DNA of 63,776 nt, filler included, from Aduncisulcus paluster (taxonomy: Eukaryota), in NCBI GenBank assembly GCA_024181965.1. It is 7 parts of 7 records of this genome, joined end to end, with 100 filler letters (N's around TTAATTAATTAA, not from the genome) between each part and the next. Parts side by side here need not be neighbours in the genome. Positions count along the whole stretch, not along the records: positions 1 to 8,187 come from BQXS01013280.1; positions 8,288 to 17,956 come from BQXS01013327.1; 5 more parts are not named here. The stretch is one strand, 5' to 3'. A model generated the notes under the pieces. It made no database searches, was not told the DNA's origin, and was given only the letters and a program-made list of their open reading frames with translations. A program made the translations under genes and the position numbers. Below are positions 1-10,762 of the stretch, in pieces. How positions within the stretch are numbered: position 1 is the stretch's first letter; the number at the start of each line of letters is the position of its first letter.

Positions 1-216
1 GATAAAATCCTTGCCAAAGATCATCCAATTATAGCCAGGCTTGAGAAGAAAGTCGGTGATCTCACAAATGAGAAGGAATCTATCCAAAGATCATTGGATA
101 ATTTGACCGATTCTTGTATTACTTTGAAAAACAAAAATAGAGCTCTGCAACGTGAGATTTCAAATCTCAAATTGAGAGAGACTGAACTTCAGGGGCAGCT
201 TGATAAATGTATTTAA
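1..216 (+). CDS. 3' end of a coiled-coil protein (5'-truncated by window)
   Basis: Frame 1 is open from base 1: DKILAKDHPIIARLEKKVGDLTNEKESIQRSLDNL...ELQGQLDKCI, ending at TAA 214-216; heptad-like periodicity. Not in the ORF track. Confidence 0.75.
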   Translation, partial: DKILAKDHPIIARLEKKVGDLTNEKESIQRSLDNLTDSCITLKNKNRALQREISNLKLRETELQGQLDKCI

Positions 217-404
217 AGATTAAATTTTAAACTTTAAAATTTAAAGATTAAATCTGTATCAAAAGCTTCAAATTCTGGCTTTTTATTGAGCAAATGACTC
301 ATTATCTCAGTAAAATTAAGTGTTTTTGTTGAGTCAGTGATTCGGTCCTTGAAGGAATGATTTCTGTTCAAAATGAGTCATTCATTTTCTACAGGATTCA
401 TTTT

Positions 405-3400
405 CTACAATTTCTTGAGTATCTTGCAGTTATCAAGATATCTTGAATAATCTCCATCAAACGCCCCATTATTCTTGCACCATACCATGCTGGTATCATA
501 TTTGGTAGATATGTGAGGAACAAGAGATGGAACAGTGGAGAACATGGAAATGAGATTGGACCAGTATTTGATTCCCCATTTATGTTTTTCCTTCTTTATA
601 ACCATAAACCACCCATCAAGAAGATCCTTAACATTATCATACACTTCAACAGCATGTGATGGATCACAACATAAGTTGGAGAAGTATCGTAAAACCCTTT
701 CACGCTCATTCCCAACAATCTTATCCCCAACAAACTCTCTCTTAACAACATCAAGAACAGGGTGGAAGAGAGGCCAGACTTCAGAACACATGGATTTGTT
801 GGGGGTTGAATAATCACTTGAGAGGGTGATTTTTGATAGAATATTCATCCATCTTCCATAACACTTACTATCATTGTATATCCTCAACCAATCTCTGATA
901 TATGGTTTGATGAGAGTGAGAATAGAGGATCGAGTGGAAGAAGAGGGAGACATAGAGATGTTGAAGAGAGCTGATAATAAACTTAGAGCAACATCACCTC
1001 CCAACTTCTCCTTGCTTCCTCTCTCAAGAATACGTTGGAAAGTGGGGGAGATATTTGGAAGGAAGGAATCCCATTTATCGTGAACTTTGAAGGTATAACT
1101 CACACAAATCCTACAATACTCTTCATCAACATCTCCTTCCAACACTTCCTCACATCTTGATAGATGACCAATGAAAGTGTCAATGAGATCATTCAGATCA
1201 GGAATAGGGAGATAGATATCATTTCCAGAAATAACATGTCTAACAAACCATCTTAAACACTGAGCGCAAAGAACAATCTCCCTCTTGTGCTCTTCAATCT
1301 CACTCTTTGATTGGAATGCAAGGAAGACAGAAAGAATCTCATCTCGATGTTCATGGTACAACCTGTATTTTGATGCTGAGTCAGGGCACTTGTTGATAGT
1401 TACAACTAATTCTGACCATTTCAGATANNNNNNNNNNNNNNNNNNNNCAATGAGATCATTCAGATCAGGAATAGGGAGATAGATATCATTTCCAGAAATA
1501 ACATGTCTAACAAACCATCTTAAACACTGAGCGCAAAGAACAATCTCCCTCTTGTGCTCTTCAATCTCACTCTTTGATTGGAATGCAAGGAAGACAGAAA
1601 GAATCTCATCTCGATGTTCATGGTACAACCTGTATTTTGATGCTGAGTCAGGGCACTTGTTGATAGTTACAACTAATTCTGACCATTTCAGATAAGGATA
1701 ACGATTACTAAGATATCTTGTATAATCATCATCCCAACCTCCATTATTGTTGCACCATTTCATGTTGGTATCATATTTGGGAGATATGAAAGGAACAAGA
1801 GATGGAACAGTGGAGAACATGGAAATGAGTTTGGACCAGTATTTGATTCCCCGTTTATGTCCTTCCTTCTTTATAACTGTAAACCAATTGTCAAGAAGAT
1901 CCTTAACATTATCATAGACTTCAACAGTATGGGATGGATCACAACATAAGTTAGAGAAAAAACATAAAACTCTTTCATGCCCATCCTCAACAATCTTATC
2001 CCCAACAAACTCTCTCTTAACAACATCAAGAACAGGGTGGAAGAGAGGCCAAGCTTCAGAACAGATGGATTTGTTGGGGGTTGAATTGTCACTTGAGAGG
2101 GTGGTTAATGATAGAATATTCATCCATCTTCCATAATACTTACTATCATTGTATATCCTCAACCAATCTCTGATGTATGGTTTGATGAGGGTGAAAATAG
2201 AGGATCGAGTGGAAGAAGAAGGAGAGAAAGAGATGTTTCTGAGAGTTATTAATAAATTTGGAACAACATCACCTCCCAACTTCTCCTTACTTCCTCTCTC
2301 AAGAATACGTTGGAAAGTGGGGGAGATCTTTGGAAGGAAGGAATCCCATTTATCTTGAACTTTGAAAGTATAACCCCTACAAATCCAACAATACTCTTCA
2401 TCAACATCTCCTTCCAACACTTCCTCGCATCTTGATAGATGACCAATGAAAGTGTCAATGAGATCATTCAGATCAGGAATAGGGAGATAGATATCATTTC
2501 CAGAAATATTATGACAAACAAACCATTGTAAACACTGAGAACAGAGAATAATCTCTCTCTTGTGATCTGTAATCATGTTATTTGTATCGTACGCATGAAA
2601 AACTGACATAAGCTCATTTCGTCGTTCCATATAGAGTTTTGAAGTTGATTCTATATCGGATCCTTTCTTGATTTTACCAACTAATTTTAGAAACAAAAGA
2701 GTTAGATTGCGGTTTTCATGATATCTTGTATAATCATCATTCAAACCACAGTTAGTATAGCACCATTCCATATTATCATCATATTTGGAAGATATGAAAG
2801 GGACAAGAGATGGAACAGTGGAAAACATGGAAATGAGATGGAGCCAATATTTGATTCCCCGTTTATGTTTTATCTTCTTTATAACTGTAAACCACCCATC
2901 AAGAAGACCCTTAACATTATCATAGACTTCAACAGCATGTGCTTGATCATAACATAAGTTGGAGAAGAAGAATAGAACACATTCGTGCTCATCCTCAACA
3001 ATCTTATCCCCAACAAACTCTCTCTTAACAACATCAAGAACAGGGTGGAAGAGAGGCCAAGCTTCAGAATACATGGATTTGTTTGGGGTTGAATCATCAC
3101 TTGAGAGGGTGGTTAATGATAGAATATTCATCCATCTTCCATAACACTCACTATCATTGTATATCCTCAACCAATCTCTAATATATGGTTTGATGAGAGT
3201 GAGAATAGAGGATCGAGTGGAAGATGAACGAAAATTAGAGATGTTTTTGAGAGTTATTAATAAATTTGGAACAACTTTACCTCCCAACTTCTCCTTACTT
3301 CCTCTCTCAAGAATACGTTGGAAAGTGGGGGAGATATTTGGAAGGAAGGAATCCTTTTTGTCTTCAACATTGAAAGTATAATTCACACAAATCCTACAAT

Positions 3401-6400
3401 ACTCTTCATCAACATCTCCTTCCAACACTTCCTCACATCTTGATAGATGACCAATGAAAGTGTCAATGAGATCATTCAGATCAGGAATAGGGAGATAGAT
3501 ATCATTTCCAGAAATAACATGTCTAACAAACCATTGTAAACACTGAGCACAGAGAATAATCTCTCTCTTGTGCTCTTTAATCTCACTCTTTGATTGGAAT
3601 GCAAGGAAGACAGAACGAATCTCATCTCGATGTTCATGGTACAACCTGTATTTTGATGCTGAGTCAGGGCATTTGTTGATAGATTCAACCAATTCTGACC
3701 ATTTCTTCAGAGAAGGATAAGAATTACCAAGATATCTTGAATAATCCTCACTCCAACCCCTATTATTCTTGCACCATTTCATGTTGGTATCATATTTAGG
3801 AGATATGTGAGGAACAAGAGATGGAACAGTGGAGAACATAGAAATGAGTCTGGACCAGTGTTTGATTCCCCAATTACCATCATCTTTCCCTTCTTCAGTC
3901 TTCTTCTTTATCATCTCAAACCAACCATCAAGAAGACCATCTTTAATACAATCATGCACTTCAACAGCTTGGGAAGGAATACAACTCAAGTTAACGAAGA
4001 ACCGAAAACAATGAATGACAGCATCATCATCAAATGTAATACCTTTGGAAGCAGTATCCTTAATCACATCCAAGACAGGATGGAAGACAAACCAGAGTTG
4101 TGAGGAACGATGTTTATGAGGATCGGTGTTATATTTATCAAGTGTAAAATTCTTCAAGATGTTTGTCCACAAGAAAAAGAACTTCTTGTCGGGATACTTC
4201 TTCATCCAAGGTAAGATATGAGGGAGAAGAAGGAATAAAAGAGAGTTCTTGGTGGGATCATCTTTGGCAAATGCAATATTTCTGCATGTTGTTAGTATGT
4301 CCTCAATAAAAGAATCTTCAAATTTCTTGGATAGGCCAAGAATAAACATCTTGGAGAGGAGGGAAGAAATTTGGGGGAAAATAGAAACACGAAGGGATTC
4401 AACATGGAATGTAGAGTTGCAAATTATCCTAAATAATAACATTGTAATGGAATTCACTCCAGCTTCACCAGTTCCACCTTCTTCTTCTTCCTCCTCCTCT
4501 TCTTCTTCTTCTTTCACTCTCAGAATATTTTCAACTCGGATCATTGAAGGCAAGAAAGTATCAATAATGTTCTTGATGGAATATCTATCCAGAATAACCT
4601 CAATATCATCCTCATCTTCCTTCAAAGTCACATCTCCTTTTGTAACTTTATGCTTCACGAACAAGGACAAACATTCGAAACAAAGCTCAAAGAGATCTAT
4701 ATTGGATGTGATAGCAGAGGGTGAAGAAGCGAATTCATCAAAGATAGTCTTGAGACGAGGAGATGATTCTTTGTAAAGGGATGTGATGGCACGTTGAGAC
4801 TCAGTTCTTTTGATTGACATAATCAAGGACTTTAATTCCGATTCTTTCTTCCTCACATCATCTGTTTTGAGTTCTTCTCTTTGTTTCTTCTCTTCTTCAA
4901 GCTTCAATTTCTGTTTCAAGGCACCTGTTTTGGATTCTCTCTCACTTTGGCGTTCTGATGGAAGGTATGTGGATGAAACTTTGTCACCACTTTCTTTCAT
5001 ACTTTCGCTTTCCTTTTCAACAATATATCCACGGTAACCTCCATATTTTGCAAGCTGAGCCTTCACAATATCGTCAATGGATGGACATTCCCACCCTTCT
5101 CCAATCTTTGGAAGAAGAGGTTTGATGGATTGAACTTTCTCACAGGCTTCATGAACACTCATACGTTCATCAATGTCAACCTTTGTCAATCCTTCGAATA
5201 TTTCATTCAGACAGGAATAAACAGACTTGAACTTACCACCTTCAATGGTTTTTAGAGTTTTGAAAAGATAAGAACTGGAGAGTTTTGGACCGATTCCTTC
5301 GGATAACAGCTTTAAGAGTTTTCCAACAAATTCAGTTGGAGAGGAAGCATTCTGCAAAAGACGCATGTCATAGAATGGATTGCAACACTGGAATAAAGCA
5401 AGAATGGTAATACCGAGCGAGTAAGCATCACTTTTTTGAGAGTGCATACCTTGAAGAGCTTCAAATGAGTCATATCCAAATGTACCACATAATACATGGT
5501 TCTTTGATGATTTTGAACTTTTCTGAGATGGATTTGAAGAGGAACTATCCGAACAAAAATTTCCAAGAGTAACAGATCTTTTGATTAGAGCGAGACCATG
5601 ATCAGAAAGAACGGCAGTGCATTCACTACTTTTGCGATCAACCTTAATCAAAAAGTTCTCAGGCTTAATATCTCGATGAACGAACCCTGGATTAGCTTTA
5701 AATACATCATCAAGACACTCAATGATCTCAACACAGAGAGCACTCACTTTAAGCGAGTCAAGAGTCATGGGATCAAAACGATGAGGGAATGAGGCAAGAT
5801 CAGAGCTTGAATCTTTTAAGAAAGATACATTTTTTATGCACCACCTTCTGTTAAACTCTTTTACACTACCTCCAGCACAATACTCCATGATAAAACCAAA
5901 ACTACCGTTGTATTCCTTATCAAGAAGGTTAAGAATAAATATTGGACGAGAGATACGATTCTTACATTTTTCATATAATTTACGTTGAATTTTGAACTCT
6001 TTGCGACACTTTCGAACAAGATCTAAACTGCCAACATGAATCATCTTCTTCAGAACACATGGGAAATCAACACCCTTATCATGAACATCAACAAGCAGCA
6101 CCTCTCCGAAGCCACCCCTGCCAATGATGCACAAAGGAGTGATAGAGGAGGCCGAAGTGAGAGTCGTTAGACCAATTTTTGGAGAATGACCAAATACCTC
6201 AACAGATTCCCTCTTTTTTGAAGAAGTGCTAGACGAGGCAGATGTCAATGTTATACGACCAGATTTGGCAATAAATTCTCTTGCTAAATATGATGGACGA
6301 GGTGGTATTGTGGATTGAAGAATTGAAGAAGCTGAATCCGAAGGAAAACTTGATGAACTTGATGAAGGAGATGAAACGGATGAAACACTACTTTTATCCA

Positions 6401-6584
6401 TATACTGGGCAATTATAGTTTCTTCTTCAGACCTAACCGATTGAATGTCTTGAGTTGATGTCCTTGAGTCCATATCTCCCGGATCATTAGGATCACCTTG
6501 GTTGTCATAATCACTTTGAGTTGATGACCTCGAAAATTCTTCTTCTTCCTCTGTGTCATATTCTATATGTAAATTTTGATCCAT
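405..6584 (-). CDS. Ser/Thr protein kinase (N-terminal) followed by four ~340-370-aa ARM/HEAT-like helical cassettes; ~1970 aa after removing the 267-bp gap artefact
   Basis: Kinase motifs GRGGFG, CVLKK, HRDIKPEN, SDHGL (DFG position), CGTFGYDSFE and KSDAYSLG at ~5060-6170. The C-terminal two-thirds is tandem helical repeats with recurrent Asn/Trp motifs (FSNLC, NIL, WF). Confidence 0.9.
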   Translation of the reverse strand: MDQNLHIEYDTEEEEEFSRSSTQSDYDNQGDPNDPGDMDSRTSTQDIQSVRSEEETIIAQYMDKSSVSSVSSPSSSSSSFPSDSASSILQSTIPPRPSYLAREFIAKSGRITLTSASSSTSSKKRESVEVFGHSPKIGLTTLTSASSITPLCIIGRGGFGEVLLVDVHDKGVDFPCVLKKMIHVGSLDLVRKCRKEFKIQRKLYEKCKNRISRPIFILNLLDKEYNGSFGFIMEYCAGGSVKEFNRRWCIKNVSFLKDSSSDLASFPHRFDPMTLDSLKVSALCVEIIECLDDVFKANPGFVHRDIKPENFLIKVDRKSSECTAVLSDHGLALIKRSVTLGNFCSDSSSSNPSQKSSKSSKNHVLCGTFGYDSFEALQGMHSQKSDAYSLGITILALFQCCNPFYDMRLLQNASSPTEFVGKLLKLLSEGIGPKLSSSYLFKTLKTIEGGKFKSVYSCLNEIFEGLTKVDIDERMSVHEACEKVQSIKPLLPKIGEGWECPSIDDIVKAQLAKYGGYRGYIVEKESESMKESGDKVSSTYLPSERQSERESKTGALKQKLKLEEEKKQREELKTDDVRKKESELKSLIMSIKRTESQRAITSLYKESSPRLKTIFDEFASSPSAITSNIDLFELCFECLSLFVKHKVTKGDVTLKEDEDDIEVILDRYSIKNIIDTFLPSMIRVENILRVKEEEEEEEEEEEGGTGEAGVNSITMLLFRIICNSTFHVESLRVSIFPQISSLLSKMFILGLSKKFEDSFIEDILTTCRNIAFAKDDPTKNSLLFLLLPHILPWMKKYPDKKFFFLWTNILKNFTLDKYNTDPHKHRSSQLWFVFHPVLDVIKDTASKGITFDDDAVIHCFRFFVNLSCIPSQAVEVHDCIKDGLLDGWFEMIKKKTEEGKDDGNWGIKHWSRLISMFSTVPSLVPHISPKYDTNMKWCKNNRGWSEDYSRYLGNSYPSLKKWSELVESINKCPDSASKYRLYHEHRDEIRSVFLAFQSKSEIKEHKREIILCAQCLQWFVRHVISGNDIYLPIPDLNDLIDTFIGHLSRCEEVLEGDVDEEYCRICVNYTFNVEDKKDSFLPNISPTFQRILERGSKEKLGGKVVPNLLITLKNISNFRSSSTRSSILTLIKPYIRDWLRIYNDSECYGRWMNILSLTTLSSDDSTPNKSMYSEAWPLFHPVLDVVKREFVGDKIVEDEHECVLFFFSNLCYDQAHAVEVYDNVKGLLDGWFTVIKKIKHKRGIKYWLHLISMFSTVPSLVPFISSKYDDNMEWCYTNCGLNDDYTRYHENRNLTLLFLKLVGKIKKGSDIESTSKLYMERRNELMSVFHAYDTNNMITDHKREIILCSQCLQWFVCHNISGNDIYLPIPDLNDLIDTFIGHLSRCEEVLEGDVDEEYCWICRGYTFKVQDKWDSFLPKISPTFQRILERGSKEKLGGDVVPNLLITLRNISFSPSSSTRSSIFTLIKPYIRDWLRIYNDSKYYGRWMNILSLTTLSSDNSTPNKSICSEAWPLFHPVLDVVKREFVGDKIVEDGHERVLCFFSNLCCDPSHTVEVYDNVKDLLDNWFTVIKKEGHKRGIKYWSKLISMFSTVPSLVPFISPKYDTNMKWCNNNGGWDDDYTRYLSNRYPYLKWSELVVTINKCPDSASKYRLYHEHRDEILSVFLAFQSKSEIEEHKREIVLCAQCLRWFVRHVISGNDIYLPIPDLNDLIXXXXXXXYLKWSELVVTINKCPDSASKYRLYHEHRDEILSVFLAFQSKSEIEEHKREIVLCAQCLRWFVRHVISGNDIYLPIPDLNDLIDTFIGHLSRCEEVLEGDVDEEYCRICVSYTFKVHDKWDSFLPNISPTFQRILERGSKEKLGGDVALSLLSALFNISMSPSSSTRSSILTLIKPYIRDWLRIYNDSKCYGRWMNILSKITLSSDYSTPNKSMCSEVWPLFHPVLDVVKREFVGDKIVGNERERVLRYFSNLCCDPSHAVEVYDNVKDLLDGWFMVIKKEKHKWGIKYWSNLISMFSTVPSLVPHISTKYDTSMVWCKNNGAFDGDYSRYLDNCKILKKL
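437..3730 (-). repeat. Three near-identical intragenic tandem units, period 1008-1011 bp (336-337 aa), preceded in the protein by a diverged fourth unit (~3731-4850)
   Basis: Marker gatatcttg at 437, 1712, 2720 and 3731; marker caatgagatcattcagatcagg at 1448, 2456 and 3464 (spacing 1008). The 437-1711 unit contains the 267-bp gap duplication. Confidence 0.95.
1181..1694. other. Assembly artefact: 20-N gap (1428-1447) with duplicated flanks 1181-1427 = 1448-1694
   Basis: The same 247-bp sequence lies on both sides of a 20-N gap; this pattern recurs at all six 20-N gaps and is typical of unmerged overlapping contigs in a scaffold. Confidence 0.9.
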
Positions 6585-7258
6585 ATTTATATGGTTTTCA
6601 CCTATATTATATTCGATAATGGTATATTTTAAGGAGACAATGATGAAAATTAGTGTTGTGGACGAACTAAATTAAATTGAAAATGGATCCCGGCATAATG
6701 GGTATTAATGACATACAATATGGAGATTTTCGACGTATAAAATTTTGGAATGTTGTCCAAATGGCGTCAAATGAGCTCAAACAACCTTTTCTCAAAATAG
6801 ATATTTTAAATGTATTATTGATCGTATTTATGAGATATAATATTCACACAATACCCCAATACTTCCATAAAATTGGACTCAGATGGTAAGAATGTAGGTT
6901 CTATCAAAAGTTCGCTGTAATTCGTTATTGACACCAACAATCTGGTGAAATATAAATGAGAACAGATTTCATTCTGCTTTATAAATATATTCATGACCAT
7001 CTATCAAGGAAAATTATCTTAATGCAACTTGTAAGTTTTGGTTTCATAAAAGTCTTGTTTTGCCCGGTAAGATTTGAAATGAATTCTTTAATTTATCTAA
7101 AATGAAACTTAATTTATGAGTTCCATTGAAAAAATAGAAACATGTCTTCCGTAATATCATAATCAGAGCTGATGTGATAGTTCTCTTTTCTTCAAGAAGT
7201 TCTTTGCCTTCTATAGATCTTCTTCTTTTTCACCCACAAGTAATGGTAATAATGATGA

Positions 7259-7300
7259 CAAAACTAGCACAAAATTAGCACAAAACTAGCACAATATAGC
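7259..7300. repeat. 11-bp tandem repeat (caaaactagca) x~3.5
   Basis: caaaactagca caaaattagca caaaactagca caatatagc. Confidence 0.85.
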
Positions 7301-7740
7301 CATGAATCTATCGAATGACAGAACCAGAAATGCTCCAGACTAAGACAAAAAAGGTATTGAATTGAATATAACCGAAGAATTGATCGTTGTATCAAAACAC
7401 ATTGTTGCAATATTTTCCCATACATTATTTATTCATTTATTTATTTATTTTAATTTAAATCCCTGGTCCATTCTTGGAGTTCAGCTGAAACTAAACCTTT
7501 GTCACAATCAAGACGGTCTTGAAATTAATCACTTTGATCTATCCCGTTCTACTTGACAATTCTAATATTATCATGGTATTATCGACTCAACTACATTTAT
7601 TACGAACAATAAGTCTATTCTTGTCCAGCGAAACAGACTCGTAATATTACAATTATAATTCTCCAACTTATCATGCTCTATTCTCAAAGAATGATCAATA
7701 TCCTCTCCAATTATCTTAGTTGAAGGTTTAAAGTAGACTA

Positions 7741-7880
7741 ATAGGGGAATTTCCGAATAGGGGGGGTATTTCGAAATTATTTTTAATAAAGAAATTACTC
7801 CATCAATAAACTTTATTGGTCAGCAATTTCGAAATTAGTCGGCAATTTCGAAATTGGTTCGAATTTTGAAATTGGTCCGC
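7741..7880. repeat. Cluster of ~19-bp tandem repeats built on the palindrome AATTTCGAAATT, next to G-runs and a small hairpin
   Basis: aatttcgaaatt at 7825-7836 and 7844-7855, aattttgaaatt at 7862-7873, and atttcgaaat at 7768-7777. Units are separated by tt(g/a)gt(c/t)..c; hairpin caataaa-c-tttattg at 7804-7818. Confidence 0.8.
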
Positions 7881-8028
7881 CAGATGTGAAATTTCATTGA
7901 TTTTTCCGTAATTGATTAATATCGTAATTGTATTATCGTAAAATATGATATTTTCTTAATTAAATACAGAAACAATGAATATTTATTGTTTAATATCTCG
8001 TAATTATGTTACAATGCTTGAACTCGAT

Positions 8029-8187
8029 CTAATCATCTTCTTCTTCGGTTGGACGTGAATCACTGGTTAAAACGGCACTTTGAGAGAGCAAAGATAAGTT
8101 TGGTGAGTGTTCAGCTGGTGCATCTTGACCTTCCTCGTCTTCTTCCTCGTCTTCTTCTACCCTCCTATTAGGAAGGGAATACCAATG
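8029..8187 (-). CDS. 3' end of an acidic-tailed hypothetical protein (truncated at contig end)
   Basis: Open from the contig edge: HWYSLPNRRVEEDEEEDEEGQDAPAEHSPNLSLLSQSAVLTSDSRPTEEEDD, then TAG; composition matches the other genes here. Confidence 0.65.
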   Translation of the reverse strand, partial: HWYSLPNRRVEEDEEEDEEGQDAPAEHSPNLSLLSQSAVLTSDSRPTEEEDD

Positions 8188-8287
8188 NNNNNNNNNNNNN
8201 NNNNNNNNNNNNNNNNNNNNNNNNNNNNNNNTTAATTAATTAANNNNNNNNNNNNNNNNNNNNNNNNNNNNNNNNNNNNNNNNNNNN
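8188..8287. other. Artificial contig-joining spacer
   Basis: 44 N + TTAATTAATTAA (stops in all six frames) + 44 N. Confidence 0.98.
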
Positions 8288-10762
8288 ATGACAAGATAGC
8301 GAGAATCACTTGTAAACGAAATGTCGTGTGCAAGCATGATAAAAAAAATGTACAAAATGTTAAGTACGCATCGGTACTATATCAATGATGCCATGCTTCA
8401 TTTTTGCTTTTCAGGGAGAAGGCAAGAACCAGTGAAGACAAGAAATTGTCTGACTCCACGAGGTTTGATAAAATATTTCAAAAAGAAATGCGCCATGAAA
8501 ACGCTCTAATATTTGGTGGTACTCGCTCGAAGCAAGAATTTCGAGGCTGAAAGCTGGTACGGCTCGAAGCAAAATGACAACTTTGGAAGTTCAACTTTCT
8601 TCTATCGGAGGAATATTGAGGAACATTGAAATGAAAAGGAGAAAAAAGTACGAACATTCCACGACCACACATTCGCTTACTATCCATGTTCCAGACATTT
8701 AATGAGTTATTAAATGGAAACACGTTGTATATGTTGTTATTCTTGTTGTATCAAACCCGAAATGGAAGTTTCATTTGGTTTTTATTCTTGATATATATGA
8801 TGAATTATGTCTCGTCTCCTTTGTTTGTGGGTCAAAGAAAGTCAAATATTTGATCAAATTTCTTTTTCGGACTTTCTTGTCAAATTAGAATTCGAATGGC
8901 CACCATGTTCCATTTTCGCGACGCTTTATATATTTTATTGTTGTTATTATTAATATATATACCGTAATACATTGTAATATTGTTATTCTTATACTCGATG
9001 CAAACACAACATTCAAACGATCTTATTGCTCATGACAACGATGCTCGTTCCAATCTCTTCCGGCAGAAGCCCAAGTTATTCGGTGTCTCGATGCGGTGGT
9101 GGATGATCTTTTTATGAGCTGGTCCAAAAATAACTCTGGAGGATCGATGCATTTCCTTCAGTGGCATTCAATGCTAAAGTTTACATTTTCAAGCTCTCTG
9201 GAAAATGGCAGCGGTTGTATTTTTGCTCATTAGCCACTGACATAACCTAAATGATTATTTACTCGTAAGATTCATCAATTAAATCAATTATTTATTTCAT
9301 TCATGTCCACTATTGGGACGCATGGTTCACTCGAGTTGACACATTGTTCTTATTATTATGACAGAGTGAAATATCCATGGAAAATATCGAAAACATTGTG
9401 CGTGAAATCCAAGCCCTTTTTTTCAACCAATTGCATTCCTAAAACAAAAAGAAAGTAAAAAATTATCAAGGTACAGTACAAAAAATCACAGAAAAGTATC
9501 ACTAAAATCTTAGATCAACAAAGTAAAATTAAAATCCAGAAACAAAAAAAATCTTTGAACTTCAAACTTTAAAGGCTTACTCCTCGTCAAATATCAAAGT
9601 AGAAGCCAAAAGAGTGAGAAACAAATCCGTTCTAAATTTATAACATTCTAAAAATAGACCTAAGAGAGATTTAACGCAGACTCATACAATCTGCCGTTAA
9701 AGTGTAAATAAAAATCATAGTCTAACTTCTCAAAATTAGAAAGGGTATATAAGATCGTAACCGATTATTCTACACGAAAAAAAAAAAAAAAAAAGATAAG
9801 CGGAATCTCTCAACCGAAAATAACAAGTATATTCTTCAAAAAATATTAATAAAAAAAAAGAAAAATTTAAAAAGGAAAAAACAAAACAAAATTCTCAGTA
9901 ATGTAGAAAATATAATATAATATATATATATATATATATTATCTAAAAATAGAATCAAGTTGAGAAACTATGTAATAGATAGATATAAAAAAACGAAAGA
10001 AATATCAAGAAGACCATCAATGTCTTAGTAAGATGAGGAGATAGAAAGGAGAAAATAAAAATATAGATGCATACATCAACCAGAGTAACAACATAATTGT
10101 ACCAAAATGTGATATTACCATTCTTTCAAGAGTATTATTATATAATAAATCTATTAATAACTTGAATGAATTTCTTGAAATGTAATTCGCCTGAAATGAG
10201 AAGGAACAACAACACGAAACTACCATTAACTCTCTCAAGAGTCTATAAATAGAATAAAGATAGAATAAAGAATAATATTTGTCCATCTATCGTTTTATGA
10301 TCAAATTATTACGGATAACTAACAATCTGAACTTTTAATTTTAAAAAATGTCAAATAAAAAAAAAAAAAAAAAAAAATATTAGAATATTGATAAATGAAA
10401 CCCCATTCATTTAGAGAAACACAAGCAATCTCAAGGAACAAAGAATTGAAGAAGGAAGGAAGACAATCGTGAAAATGTTGAAAATCGAAAGAAGACAGAC
10501 ATGCAAATAAAAAACCAAAATATGATTTTTTACATGTTTTGGATTGAAGTTGATAAAGGATAAGAGAAATAATATATGGGGGAAGAAAACGAGGAACATT
10601 TTCTACAAAATCTCAAGACAATCGTCGATTCATCAAACAAACTCTCACAAATAATAATTATTTGAACATGAACATAATATTTTCAAACTATAATTATATT
10701 TTAAATAATTATAATATATATCAATATATCTATAAATAGATATTTTTTTTTGTTTTTTTTTT

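Noticed and set aside
437..3730. Diversity-generating retroelement (TR/VR) explanation for the hypervariable repeats
   Set aside because: Substitutions are not confined to adenines of any one copy (e.g. gtt/gct, cca/cta, aat/ttc/atg), all copies are in-frame coding, and there is no reverse transcriptase in the window.
7741..7880. CRISPR-like array
   Set aside because: Units are directly tandem with no unique spacers, there are no cas genes, and the context is eukaryotic.
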